From positions 51,770,001-51,834,000 of the forward strand of contig OX597818.1 of assembly GCA_951406725.2 (NCBI GenBank): a stretch of DNA of 64,000 nt. Direction: 5' to 3'. The notes below the pieces were generated by a model, which did not search any database, had not been told where the DNA came from, and saw nothing but the letters and a program-made list of their open reading frames with translations. This stretch comes from Octopus vulgaris (Eukaryota). The position numbers were made by a program, and so were the translations under genes. Position 1 is the first letter of the stretch; every line of letters begins with the position of its first letter. Of this stretch, positions 25,701 to 39,058 are shown piece by piece.

Positions 25701-28700
25701 GGTAGAGCGCTCGCTTTGCATGCGAGAGGTACCGGATCGATACCCGGATTCTCCATTGAAGTTTCTTTTGTTTTTCATAACTTGCCTATTGATTTCATTC
25801 ACGTTTGATATTCCGGGTTTGTTTTCAACTTTTCATATTTATCTAACATCAGCAACCTGTGGAAGGGGGAATTAGCTCAGATGGTAGAGCGCTCGCTTTG
25901 CATGCGAGAGGTACCGGGATCGATACCCGGATTCTCCACTGAAGTTTCTTTTATTTTTCATAACTTGCCTATTGATTTCATTTACTTTTGATATTCCGGC
26001 TTTGTTTTCAACTTTTCATATTTATCTAACATCAGCATCCTGTGGAAGGGGGAATTAGCTCAGATGGTAGAGCGCTCGCTTTGCATGCGAGAGGTACCGG
26101 GATCGATACTCGGATTCTCCATTGAAGTTTCTTTTGTTTTTCATAACATGCCTCTTGATTTCATTTACGTTTGATATTCCGGGTTTGTTTTCAACTTTTC
26201 ATATTTATCTAACATCAGCAACCTGTGGAAGGGGGAATTAGCTCAGATGGTAGAGCGCTCGCTTTGCATGCGAGAGGTACCGGGATCGATACCCGGATTC
26301 TCCATTGAAGTTTCTTTTGTTTTTCATAACTTGCCTATTGATTACATTCACGTTTGATATTCCGGGTTTGTTTTCAACCTTTCATATTTATCTAACATCA
26401 GCAACCTGTGGATGGGGGAATTAGCTCAGATGGTAGAGCGCTCGCTTTGCATGCGAGAGGTACCGGGATCGATACCCGGATTCTCCATTGAAGTTTCTTT
26501 TGTTTTTCATAACTTGCCTATTGATTACATTCACGTTTGATATTCCAGGTTTCTTTTCAACCTTTCATATTTATCTAACATCAGCAACCTGTGAGGGGGG
26601 AATTAGCTCAGATGGTAGAGCGCTCGCTTTGCATGCGAGAGGTACCGGGATCGATACCCGGATTCTCCATTGAAGTTTCTTTTGTTTTTCATAACTTGCC
26701 TATTGATTTCATTTATGTTTGATATTCCGCGTTTGTTTTCAACTTTTCATATTTATCTAACATCAGCAACCTGTGGAAGGGGAATTAGCTCAGATGGTAG
26801 AGCGCTCGCTTTGCATGCGAGAGGTACCGGAATCGATACCCGGATTCTCCATTGAAGTTTCTTTTGTTTTTCATAACTTGCCAATTGATTTCATTTACGT
26901 TTGATATTCCGGGTTTGTTTTCAACTTTTCATATTTATCTAACATCAGCAATCCTGTGGAAGGGGGAATTAGCTCAGATGGTAGAGCGCTCGCTTTGCAT
27001 GCGAGAGGTACCGGGATCGATACCCGGATTCTCCATTGAAGTTTCTTTTGTTTTTCATAACTTGCCTCTTGATTTCATTTACGTTTGATATTCCGGGTTT
27101 GTTTTCAACTTTTCATATTTATCTAACATCAGCAACCTGTGGAAGTGGGAATTAGCTCAGATGGTAGAGCGCTCGCTTTGCATGCGAGAGGTACCGGGAT
27201 CGATACCCGGATTCTCCATTGAAGTTTCTTTTGTTTTTCATAACTTGCCTATTGATTTCATTTACGTTTGATATTCAGGGTTTGTTTTCAACTTTTCATA
27301 TTTATCTAACATCAGCAACCTGTGGAAGGGGGAATTAGCTCAGATGGTAGAGCGCTCGCTTTGCATGCGAGAGGTACCGGGATCGATACCCGGATTCTCC
27401 ATTGAAGTTTCTTTTGTTTTTCATAACTTGCCTATTGATTTCATTTACGTTTGATATTCCGGGTTTGTTTTCAACTTTTCATATTTATCTAACATCAGCA
27501 ACCTGTGGAAGGGGGAATTAGCTCAGATGGTAGAGCGCTCGCTTTGCATGCGAGAGGTACCGGGATCGATACCCGGATTCTCCATTGAAGTTTCTTTTGT
27601 TTTTCATAACTTGCCTATTGATTTCATTTACGTTTGATATTCCGGGTTTGTTTTCAACTTTTCATATTTATCTAACATCAGCAACCTGTGGAAGGGGGAA
27701 TTAGCTCAGATGGTAGAGCGCTCGCTTTGCATGCGAGAGGTACCGGGATCGATACCCGGATTCTCCATTGAAGTTTCTTTTGTTTTTCATAACTTGCCTC
27801 TTGATTTCATTTACTTTTGATATTCCGGCTTTGTTTTCAACTTTTCATATTTATCTAACATCAGCAACCTGTGGAAGTGGGAATTAGCTCAGATGGTAGA
27901 GCGCTCGCTTTGCATGCGAGAGGTACCGGAATCGATACCCGGATTCTCCATTGAAGTTTCTTTTGTTTTTCATAACTTGCCTATTGATTTCATTTACGTT
28001 TGATATTCCGGGTTTGTTTTCAACTTTTCATATTTATCTAACATCAGCAACCTGTGGAAGGGGGAATTAGCTCAGATGGTAGAGCGCTCGCTTTGCATGC
28101 GAGAGGTACCGGAATCGATACCCGGATTCTCCATTGAAGTTTCTTTTGTTTTTCATAACTTGCCTCTTGATTTCATTTACGTTTGATATTCCGGGTTTGT
28201 TTTCAACTTTTCATATTTATCTAACATCAGCAACCTGTGGAAGGGGGAATTAGCTCAGATGGTAGAGCGCTCGCTTTGCATGCGAGAGGTACCGGATCGA
28301 TACCCGGATTCTCCATTGAAGTTTCTTTTGTTTTTCATAACTTGCCTCTTGATTTCATTTACGTTTGATATTCCGGGTTTGTTTTCAACTTTTCATATTT
28401 ATCTAACATCAGCAACCTGTGGAAGGGGGAATTAGCTCAGATGGTAGAGCGCTCGCTTTGCATGCGAGAGGTACCGGGATCGATACCCGGATTCTCCATT
28501 GAAGTTTCTTTTGTTTTTCATAACTTGCCTATTGATTTCATTTACGTTTGATATTCCGGGTTTGTTTTCAACTTTTCATATTTATCTAACATCAGCAACC
28601 TGTGGAAGGGGGAATTAGCTCAGATGGTAGAGCGCTCGCTTTGCATGCGAGAGGTACCGGGATCGATACCCGGATTCTCCATTGAAGTTTCTTTTGTTTT

Positions 28701-30746
28701 TCATAACTTGCCTATTGATTTCATTTACGTTTGATATTCCGGGTTTGTTTTCAACTTTTCATATTTATCTAACATCAGCAACCTGTGGAAGGGGGAATTA
28801 GCTCAGATGGTAGAGCGCTCGCTTTGCATGCGAGAGGTACCGGGATCGATACCCGGATTCTCCATTGAAGTTTCTTTTGTTTTTCATAACTTGCCTATTG
28901 ATTTCATTTACGTTTGATATTCCGGGTTTGTTTTCAACTTTTCATATTTATCTAACATCAGCAACCTGTGGAAGGGGGAATTAGCTCAGATGGTAGAGCG
29001 CTCGCTTTGCATGCGAGAGGTACCGGGATCGATACCCGGATTCTCCATTGAAGTTTCTTTTGTTTTTCATAACTTGCCTATTGATTTCATTTACGTTTGA
29101 TATTCCGGGTTTGTTTTCAACTTTTCATATTTATCTAACATCAGCAACCTGTGGAAGGGGGAATTAGCTCAGATGGTAGAGCGCTCGCTTTGCATGCGAG
29201 AGGTACCGGGATCGATACCCGGATTCTCCATTGAAGTTTCTTTTGTTTTTCATAACTTGCCTATTGATTTCATTTACGTTTGATATTCCGGGTTTGTTTT
29301 CAACTTTTCATATTTATCTAACATCAGCAACCTGTGGAAGGGGGAATTAGCTCAGATGGTAGAGCGCTCGCTTTGCATGCGAGAGGTACCGGGATCGATA
29401 CCCGGATTCTCCATTGAAGTTTCTTTTGTTTTTCATAACTTGCCTCTTGATTTCATTTACGTTTGATATTCCGGGTTTGTTTTCAACTTTTCATATTTAT
29501 CTAACATCAGCAACCTGTGGAAGGGGAATTAGCTCAGATGGTAGAGCGCTCGCTTTGCATGCGAGAGGTACCGGATCGATACCCGGATTCTCCATTGAAG
29601 TTTCTTTTGTTTTTCATAACTTGCCTATTGATTTCATTTACGTTTGATATTCAGGGTTTGTTTTCAACTTTTCATATTTATCTAACATCAGCAACCTGTG
29701 GAAGGGGGAATTAGCTCAGATGGTAGAGCGCTCGCTTTGCATGCGAGAGGTACCGGAATCGATACCCGGATTCTCCATTGAAGTTTCTTTTGTTTTTCAT
29801 AACTTGCCTATTGATTTCATTTACGTTTGATATTCCGGGTTTGTTTTCAACTTTTCATATTTATCTAACATCAGCAACCTGTGGAAGGGGGAATTAGCTC
29901 AGATGGTAGAGCGCTCGCTTTGCATGCGAGAGGTACCGGGATCGATACCCGGATTCTCCATTGAAGTTTCTTTTGTTTTTCATAACTTGCCTATTGATTT
30001 CATTTACGTTTGATATTCCGGGTTTGTTTTCAACTTTTCATATTTATCTAACATCAGCAACCTGTGGAAGGGGGAATTAGCTCAGATGGTAGAGCGCTCG
30101 CTTTGCATGGGAGAATCCGGGATCGATACCCGGATTCTCCATTGAAGTTTCTTTTGTTTTTCATAACTTGCCTATTGATTTCATTTACGTTTGATATTCC
30201 GGGTTTGTTTTCAACTTTTCATATTTATCTAACATCAGCAACCTGTGGAAGGGGGAATTAGCTCAGATGGTAGAGCGCTCGCTTTGCATGCGAGAGGTAC
30301 CGGATCGATACCCGGATTCTCCATTGAAGTTTCTTTTGTTTTTCATAACTTGCCTATTGATTTCATTTACGTTTGATATTCCGGGTTTGTTTTCAACTTT
30401 TCATATTTATCTAACATCAGCAACCTGTGGAAGGGGAATTAGCTCAGATGGTAGAGCGCTCGCTTTGCATGCGAGAGGTACCGGAATCGATACCCGGATT
30501 CTCCATTGAAGTTTCTTTTGTTTTTCATAACTTGCCTATTGATTTCATTTACGTTTGATATTCCGGGTTTGTTTTCAACTTTTCATATTTATCTAACATC
30601 AGCAACCTGTGGAAGGGGGAATTAGCTCAGATGGTAGAGCGCTCGCTTTGCATGCGAGAGGTACCGGAATCGATACCCGGATTCTCCATTGAAGTTTCTT
30701 TTGTTTTTCATAACTTGCCGATTGATTTCATTTACGTTTGATATTC
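22790..30746 (+). repeat. Homogeneous 183-bp tandem array; each unit is tRNA-Ala(TGC) plus a 110-bp spacer with a Pol III terminator
   Basis: 43 full units plus one partial, nearly identical; TTTT and TTTTT occur 11-20 nt after each 3' end. Confidence 0.97.
22944..30688 (+). tRNA. 43 tandem tRNA-Ala(TGC) genes (roughly half perfect consensus)
   Basis: Starts counted by eye: 22944, 23127, 23310, 23492, 23675, 23857, 24040, 24222, 24405, 24588, 24771, 24954, 25137, 25320, 25501, 25684, 25866, 26049, 26232, 26415, 26597, 26779, 26963, 27146, 27329, 27512, 27695, 27878, 28061, 28244, 28426, 28609, 28792, 28975, 29158, 29341, 29523, 29705, 29888, 30071, 30252, 30433, 30616. Confidence 0.93.
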
Positions 30747-33700
30747 ATTGATAAATGAAGACAAAGCCTGGAATCAAACGTCAATGAGTCTAGACAAGTT
30801 ATGAAAAACAAAAGAAACTTCAATGGAGAATCCGGGTATCGATTCGGTACCTCTCGCATGCAAAGCAAGCATCTGTCATTCCCTTGCTGATTTAAGATAA
30901 ATATAAAAGTTAGGAAAATCAATAAAAAGTTATGACAAGTTATTCAAAAAGTAAAATTATGTTAGAAAATATGAAAAGTTAAAGTATCAAAAATCAAGAC
31001 AAGTTAAATAGAATTCAATCAGTACCTCTAGTACAACGGCTTTATTATGACATATAAATATTGAAATTTAAACAAACCGGAATTTTCAAAAGTAAAGAAT
31101 CAATTGGCCAATTATGATAACAAAGACCATGGAGAATCCGAGGTATCGGTACCTCTCATAGAAATATTGTTATGAAAATTTTTAAAACAAACCGAATTTC
31201 AAACGTAAATGAAATCAATAGCAAGTTATAAAACAAAAGAAATTTGGAGAATCCGGGTATCGATCCCGGTACCTCCTTCGCATGCAAAGCGAGCACCTAC
31301 CAATCTGAGCTAATTCCCCTTCCACCATTGCTGTTATGAAATATGAAAAGTTGATAAAGTAAATAGAAAGTTATCAAAAACAAAAAACCAATTGGAGAAT
31401 CCGGTATTGATCCCAGTACCTCTCGCATGTAAAGCGAAACCACCCTTTTATAATGTTGTTATAAATATGAATTTTAAAAAATGAAATCAAAGTAATGAAA
31501 TGAATCAGTTATGAAAAACAAGAAACTTCAATGAGTCCGGGTATCGATTCCGATGCACGTAACGAATTGATTATATACTTCGGGTTTATATTTAATAAAA
31601 TGAAGGATAAACCTGGAATATCAAACGTAAACGTAGCAAAGATACTTCGAATCAGATCCCGGTACCTCTGCATGCAAAAGCGAGCTACCATCTGGCTCCA
31701 CAGATTTATGTCAGATAAATATGAAATTTGGAATTTCAAAGTAAATGAAATCAAGACAAGATATCAAAACAAAAGTTTGGAGAATCGGTATCCTGCTTAA
31801 CAAAGCGAGCGCTACCATCTGAGCTAATTCCCCATTAAGTCGAATGTTGTTATAAAATTGAAATAATACCAGTATCAAACGTAAATGAAATCCAGAGGCA
31901 ATTATGAAGAGCAAGCATCTTCCGGTACCTCATGCAAGCAGCGCTACCATCTGTTCTTACAGGATATGAAATTAAACAACCTGAATCAAAGAAATGTCAG
32001 AATATGAGAAATCAAAAATTATTTTGGAAAATCCAGATATCTCACATGCAAAGCCAATGTTTGCTATTGTTACTGATGTTAGATAAATATGAAAATTGAA
32101 TACAAACGTAAATAAAATCAATAGGAAGTTATGAAAAACAAAAGAAACTTCAATTGAGAATCGGTATCGATCCCGAGTATTCCCAAAAGCAGCATAACTG
32201 AGCTATTTTGCTACAGTGTTGAATATAAAAAGCAAATGTAAATGAAAAAAGTATGAAAAACAAAAAACATTGGGTATCGATCTCTCGCAGCAAGAGCAAG
32301 CGCTCCCTGAAAATTCCCCTTCCATTCTTGATGTTACATAAATATGAAATGAAAAAAACCCAGAATTTCAAAAGTAAATGAAATCAATTGGCAAGTTATG
32401 AAAAACAAAAGAAAACTTGAGAATCCGGGTATCGATCCCAGGTACCTCCATGCACAGCGCAACCTGATCTAATTCCCCAGGTTGCAGATTTGATAAATAT
32501 GAAAATTGAAAACAAACCCAGATTTCGTAAATGAAAATCAAACAAGTTATAAACAAAAAAGCACTGGAGAATCGATCCCCTTGCAATGATAATAAATATG
32601 AAAATTGAAAAAAACAAATATCCAAAGTAAATGAAAATCAAGAAGTTATGATAAACAAGCCAATGAGAATCGAGTATCATCCAGTACATTAATGCAAAGC
32701 GCGCTATGACTCTGAATTGTTTTATTTGCAATGAGTAAATAAAAAGAAAACGTCAAAAAACAAATGTTGAAACGATGGTACATCTCGCATGCGAGAGGTA
32801 CCGCTTACCATCACAATTCTCCAACAAATTCTGTTTGATATGAAATTTGAAAACAAACCCGGAGATATCAAAAGTATTGAAATCAATAGACAATTTGAAA
32901 AACAAAGAAATAATGGAGAATCCAGAGGCACCATCTGGTAATTCCCCCTTAGTTCATGTTATAAATATGAAAATTTAATCCTAAACCCGAATTTCAAAAG
33001 TAAATGAAATCAGCAATATATGAAAAACAAAAGCTTATTGGAGACAGGATCGATCCCGGTACCTCTCACATGCAAAGCGATGTATGAACATTCTCAGATT
33101 TTAGATATTGTTATGAAAATTTCAAACCCTGAATCAAATGAAAATGAAATTCGAATGAAGTTATTAACAGCTTCAATGGAGAATCGGTTCCAAGTACCTC
33201 TATGAGGTGCTCTAAAAATCTACTAATTCTATAAGTGCTTGTTAGATACATATGAAAATTTAAAAAAACCCGGAGATTTCAAAAGTAAATGAAATGAATT
33301 GGAAGAGACAAGTATATAACAAACAAATTGTCCATTGAGAATCCCCATTCCCGGTTCATTTAGATTATGAAGTGCTAATGTAATTATGCATAAAATTTTC
33401 TGATATTTTATAAATAAAAAAAACTCACGGTGTTTCAAGATAAAATGAAAGCAATACATTAAATAGCTTATCGAATGGAAAACCAGTATCTACATCTGCT
33501 AATTTACAGTTTGATTCATATGAAATTGAACATCAAAGTTTGGTGAATAAAAACAAAACTTCAATGGAGAATGATCGATTCGATCATCTGAGCTAATTCC
33601 CCCTTCTATATATCATGTTATATAAATATGAAATTATAAACCCTAATTATCAACATAAATGAATACAATTATGTAGGAGGATCTACCATCCCCTCCACAG

Positions 33701-36700
33701 GTTGCTGATGTTGATAAATATGAAAATTGGCCGAATATGAAAGTAAATGGAAATCAATACGACAAGATATGAAAAACAAAAGAAACACTCAATTGGAGAA
33801 TCCGGGATCGATTCCGGTACATCGCATGCAAAAGCAACTCTCTACCATGTGAATAATTCTTCATTTCTGTCATTTATGAAAATTCTGTAAATAAAGAGAT
33901 ATGAAAATTACAAAAAGAAACTTCAATTGGAGAATCTGGGAATCGATTCCGAGTACCTCTTGCATGCAAAGCGAGCATCTACCCATCTGAGTTAATTCCT
34001 ACAAATCTTTTAGATAAATATGAAAAAAAAACGTAATTTCAAAGTAAATGATATCAAAAGACGAGATTATCAAAAACAAAAGAAATTCAATTCGGGTATC
34101 GATCCCCACTCTCGCATGCAAACGAGCGCTCTACCAATTGAATATTCCCCGTTACATGTGTCTTTTATGAATTTTTTGAAAACAGCGGAATTTGAAAAAA
34201 AATAAAAATGAAGTCAAGTAATAAAGATATCAAAACAAAAAAGGATCTTTCTGGCCATCTGAATAATTCCCCAAGTGATCTTTTTGTTTGAAAAAATACA
34301 TGAATATGCAAAAGTATGAAATCTGGGCAAGATATCAAAAATAAAAGTAGTTTTAGTGGAGAAAAAGGGAGATCCCACTCTCGAATGCAAACGAACGTTC
34401 TACTATCTATGATATTCCAGTTAGGGATCAGATTGCTTTTTTAAACAAACGGACGTAATGATCAATCGACAAGTTATCAAAACAAAAAGAACTTATGTAT
34501 TCGGTACCTCTCGCATGCAAAGCAATAATTCCCCTGATAAATAAAGTGTGAAAACAAATATATCAAAGTAAATGTATGCAATTATAAAAAACAAAAAAAA
34601 TCCAATGGAGTATCCGAAATTTTCGCATGAGCAATCTACCATCTGAGCTAATTCCACATTTATTTAGATTGAAAAATGAAAAAAACGGTGTAAAGTAAAT
34701 TTCAAAGCTTCGAAGTCCTTCTCAGGATGCAAAGCGAGTTGCAATTTTCTGAGCTAATTCTTTGTTGTATATTTGAAAATTTGAAAACTTCCGAATTGCA
34801 AATATTATAATCAAAAGAAATCTGAAATGTATCGATCCCGAGAACCTCTAAGCTTGGCGCTCTACCATCTGAGTTATTATGTTATAAATATATGAAAAAT
34901 GTAAAATATCAAAAATATAAAAACAAAGAAACTTATTGGAGAATCCGGAGTATCGATCCCGGTACTTCTCGCATGCAAGAAGCTAATTCCCCCTTACGAA
35001 AGGTTCTGTTTAGAAAATATGAAAATTTAAAAACGCGAAACAAAATAGATATTCAGCAAACATATATAAAAACAAAGAAACTTTTCTGGAGGAATTAGCT
35101 CATCCGGTACCTCTCGCATGCGAGAGGTACCCAATTCCCCTCAACAAATATGAAAGTTGATAATAATTAAATAATGTAATCAATGGAGCGGGATATAAAT
35201 GAAAACTTTCAGTGAGTGTATCGATACTCTCGCATGCAAAGCAGCTTACCATCTGTAATTGCATTCCATAGTTGCTGTAAAATGAAAAAATGAATTCAAG
35301 TAAATGAATCAAGTGAAGTTATGAAAAACAAAAGTATGAAACCGGGTATCGATTCGGTACCTCTCGCATGCAGAAGCAACTGCTTTCAGATTCTCATGTT
35401 CTATTTGAAAATTAAATTGGAAACCGGAATTAAATAAAAAAAAACAAGTTATGAAAAATAAAAAAATTCAATCGCTTCGGATCTCTGCAAAAGTGTATCT
35501 GAAAGCTTTCCCCACTTCCACAGATTCTTTTAGTTTATGGATATTTGGGTTTTTTTAAACTAAATATTAAAAACAAACCAATGGGGACCGTAAATCGATC
35601 ATGCAGCATTACTATGCAGGACTAGATTATGAAATTGAAAATTCAAACTAAACTGAAATCAGAACAATATGATTCAATGCGATCGATTTTCTCGCTGAGC
35701 TGCTCTACCATCTGGGCTAATTCGCCTACGAGATGCAAATGTGATGAAACAAAAATGAAATCAATAGCAAGTTCCATGAAAAAAAAGAAACTCATTGGAG
35801 AATCCGGGTATCGCAATTTTAAATATTCAAACTTTTTGAAGTTGAACACAAACCTGATTGTCAATGAAATCAGGGGTGAAATCAATGAACGTAGACCTGT
35901 TCCAGTAAAGCAACGTTATGAAATGTCTTTCACGCTGATCGTTATATATATGAAAATTGCACCCGAATTAAGTAAAATTTGAAAATCAAACAAGTTATAA
36001 ACAAAGAAACTTATGGAGAATCAATTTATCGATCCGGTACCTCTCGCATACAAAGCGAGCAGCAGCACCGGGATTGTTCTCAACCTACACAGATTTATAT
36101 TTAGATAATGAAAATTTAAACGATAAAAACTAGTCCGGCTAAAAATAAGATGAAAAAACAAAAGAAACCAAGGAGAAATCCGGGTATCGATCCTGTACCT
36201 CTCGCTAAAAAACTCCGATTCCTGAATATTCTGATGTTAGTAAATATGAAATGATAACATAAAATATCAAGATGAAAACAAGAGGCAAGTTATCAAAACA
36301 AAAGAAATCAATGGATCCCCGGTCCTCTCTGCAAAGAGGCGCTCTACCGACGAGCTAATTTCTCCGATCTGATGTTACGATAAATTGCAAAATTGAAAAA
36401 AACCGGAATATCAAAAAAAAAAATGAAATCAATACAAGTATCAAAAAAAGAAACTTCAATGGAGAATCCGGGATCGATTTACTCTCGCATGCAAAGCGAG
36501 CGCTCTATTTTAATTGTCTGATGTTAGATAAAATGCGAAAATTAAAAAAACCGGAATTTCAAACGTAAATGAAATCAATAGACGAGTGAAAACATCTTAG
36601 GAGAATGGTGATTCACCTGCATGCAAAGCGAGCGCTCTACCATCTGAGTTAATTCCCGGTTGATTTTGATGTTAGTAAATATGATTGAAAAATGCCTGGA

Positions 36701-38035
36701 ATATCAAACGTATGAAATCAATGTGCAAGTTATAAAAAAAAACTTCAATGGAGAATCTGGTATCGATCCCGGTATCTAACATGCAAAGAGCTAATCTGAA
36801 GCTGGTCTCCCTTGTTATTGATAAATATGAATTGATACAGTCATAAAAATGCCAACCAATGACGGATTATGAAAAACCGCTTTATGGGGAATCCGGGTAT
36901 CGATCGATTCCCGTTCTCGCATACAAAGCGAGCGCTCTACCATCTGAGCTAATTCCCCTTAGGTGCTGATATTGTATATGAATAATTGAAAACAAAGCGA
37001 ATATCAAACAATAAAGTCAAGACTATTATAAAAACCGAAAGCTTCAATTGGATCCGGTATCGATCCGTACCTCTCGCATGCAAGCGACTCTACCATCTAT
37101 AGCACTTGTGATCTTTTTATCTGAAAATTTAAAAAAAGCCGGAATATCGTAAATGAATCAATAGGCAAGTTATAAAAATAAAGAAACTTCAATGATCGTA
37201 TCGATCTACATCTCCACCGAATTACTATTGTTTTCAGTCTGATTTATGTATATGAATAAAAAAACCCGGAATTTCAAACGTGATGTAATAGGCAAGTTAT
37301 CAAAAACAAAAGAAACTTCAATGGAGAATCCGGGTATCGATTCCGGTACCTCTGCAAAGAGCGCTCTACCATCTGGTATTTGAAGGTTGCTGATTTATGT
37401 ATATGAAAATTGAAAAAAACCTGAATTTCAAAAGTAAATGAAATGAAGAGGGCATGTATAAAAACAAAAGAAATTCTGAGAATCCGATATCGATCCAGTA
37501 CCTCTCGCATGCAAAGCGAGCGCCCCAATTCTGAGCTAATTCTCAGGATGCTGATGTTGAATATTTGAAAATTATGCAAAGCCGGAATTGCAAAAGTTGA
37601 AATCAATACAAGTTAAAAAGTAAAAACTTGGAGAATCCGGGTAGATCCAGTTGCCTCTCGCATGCAAGCGAGGTCTACCATCTGACCTAATTATTGCCAA
37701 ATTGCTTTGATATGAAAATTAACACAAACTGAATATAAACGGAAATCAATCCATATAAAAACAAAAGATTCTGGAGAATCCGGGTATCGATCCCGGTACC
37801 TCTCGCATGCAAAGCGAGCGCTACCATCTGAGCTAATTCCCCCTTACAGGTTAACGTGTTATGATAAGAAATACAGAAAAACAAACTTTGAATATCAAAC
37901 TAAATGAAATCATGGTAAGTTGCTGAAAAACAAAAGAAACTTCAATGGGAGAATCCGGGTATTCGATTCCGGACCCCGCATGCAAAGCGAGCGCTCTACA
38001 TCTGAGCTAATTTTACATTTTATTGTATATATGAA
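30747..38035 (-). repeat. Scrambled, indel-rich inverted copy of the tRNA-Ala array (probable low-quality consensus)
   Basis: Fragments of the reverse-complemented 183-bp unit throughout; no two neighbouring units alike and no intact tRNA. Confidence 0.8.
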
Positions 38036-38038
38036 AAA

Positions 38039-38111
38039 TGGAGAATCCGGGTATCGATCCCGGTACCTCTCGCATGCAAAGCGAGCGCTCTACCATCTGA
38101 GCTAATTCCCC
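38039..38111 (-). tRNA. tRNA-Ala(TGC)
   Basis: Intact cloverleaf. Confidence 0.9.
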
Positions 38112-38474
38112 GGTCAACGATTACGGGCATTTGTTATACATATGAGAAGTTGGAAACAAAGCTGGAATGAAATCATGTAAGAGACAAGTTATTAAAAACA
38201 AAAGAAACTTCAATGGAGAATCCGAGCATGCCCTTTGCCATCTGGGCTAATTCCCCATTACGTAACCATTGTTTTTTTTTTATATATATTTACGAAAATT
38301 TAATAAAATTTAATAAATTCCGGGAATGTTATTAAATTTTCGAAAATATATAAAAAAAACCAATGGTTAGGTAATGAGGAATTAGCCCAGATGGCAGTGA
38401 GCTTGCCCGGATTTTATGAAATTGCAAATGATATCATGTAGGAGACAAATTAATAAAACGATAAATAAATTTGT

Positions 38475-38547
38475 TGGAGAGTCCGGGTATCGATCCCGGT
38501 ACCTCACGCACGATAAGTGAGTGCTCTACCATCTGAGCTAATTCCCC
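38475..38547 (-). pseudogene. tRNA-Ala pseudogene (paralog of the AGC gene at 47079)
   Basis: Multiple anticodon-arm substitutions. Confidence 0.8.
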
Positions 38548-38985
38548 GGACAACTGCTTTTCGATGTTTGTTTTGTATATGTAATGTTGAAAACTAAATG
38601 AAATGAAGTAATAGACGAGTTATTAAAAACAAACTAGTCATGACTAGCCAGCGCGGTTGCGCGAGTACGCGGTTACGCGCACCGGGACCACTGTTCGCTA
38701 GTAGTACACGGGAAAAGACCCATAACTTGTCTATTACTTCGTTATATTTTCATTTACATTTGAAATTGTAAGATTTAAATAATAAAAAAAATATATATAA
38801 CAGAAATCTCTGATGTGTCCCCGGGGTGTTAGCTCAGATGGTAGAGCGCTCGCTTTGCATGCGACATGGTAGCAAGATCGATACCCGGATTCTCCACTGA
38901 AGATTCTTTTGTTTGATTTAGTTTCGATATTCTGGGTTTGCTTTAAACTTTTCATATGCATAACAAACGTCTACAGAAGCCAGCT

Positions 38986-39058
38986 GGGGAATTAGCTCAG
39001 ATGGTAGAGCGCTCGCTTTGCATGCGAGAGGTACCGGGATCGATACCCGGATTCTCCA
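38986..39058 (+). tRNA. tRNA-Ala(TGC)
   Basis: Intact cloverleaf. Confidence 0.93.

Noticed and set aside
23383-30509. Repeated short ORFs (MKFLLFFITCLL..., MVERSLCMREVPG...)
   Set aside because: Read-through of tRNA and spacer units
22790-30746. CRISPR-like regular array
   Set aside because: Spacers are identical, the repeat is a tRNA gene, no cas genes, eukaryotic context
38475-38547. Apparent ATC-anticodon tRNA
   Set aside because: Anticodon stem broken; decayed paralog of the AGC gene at 47079
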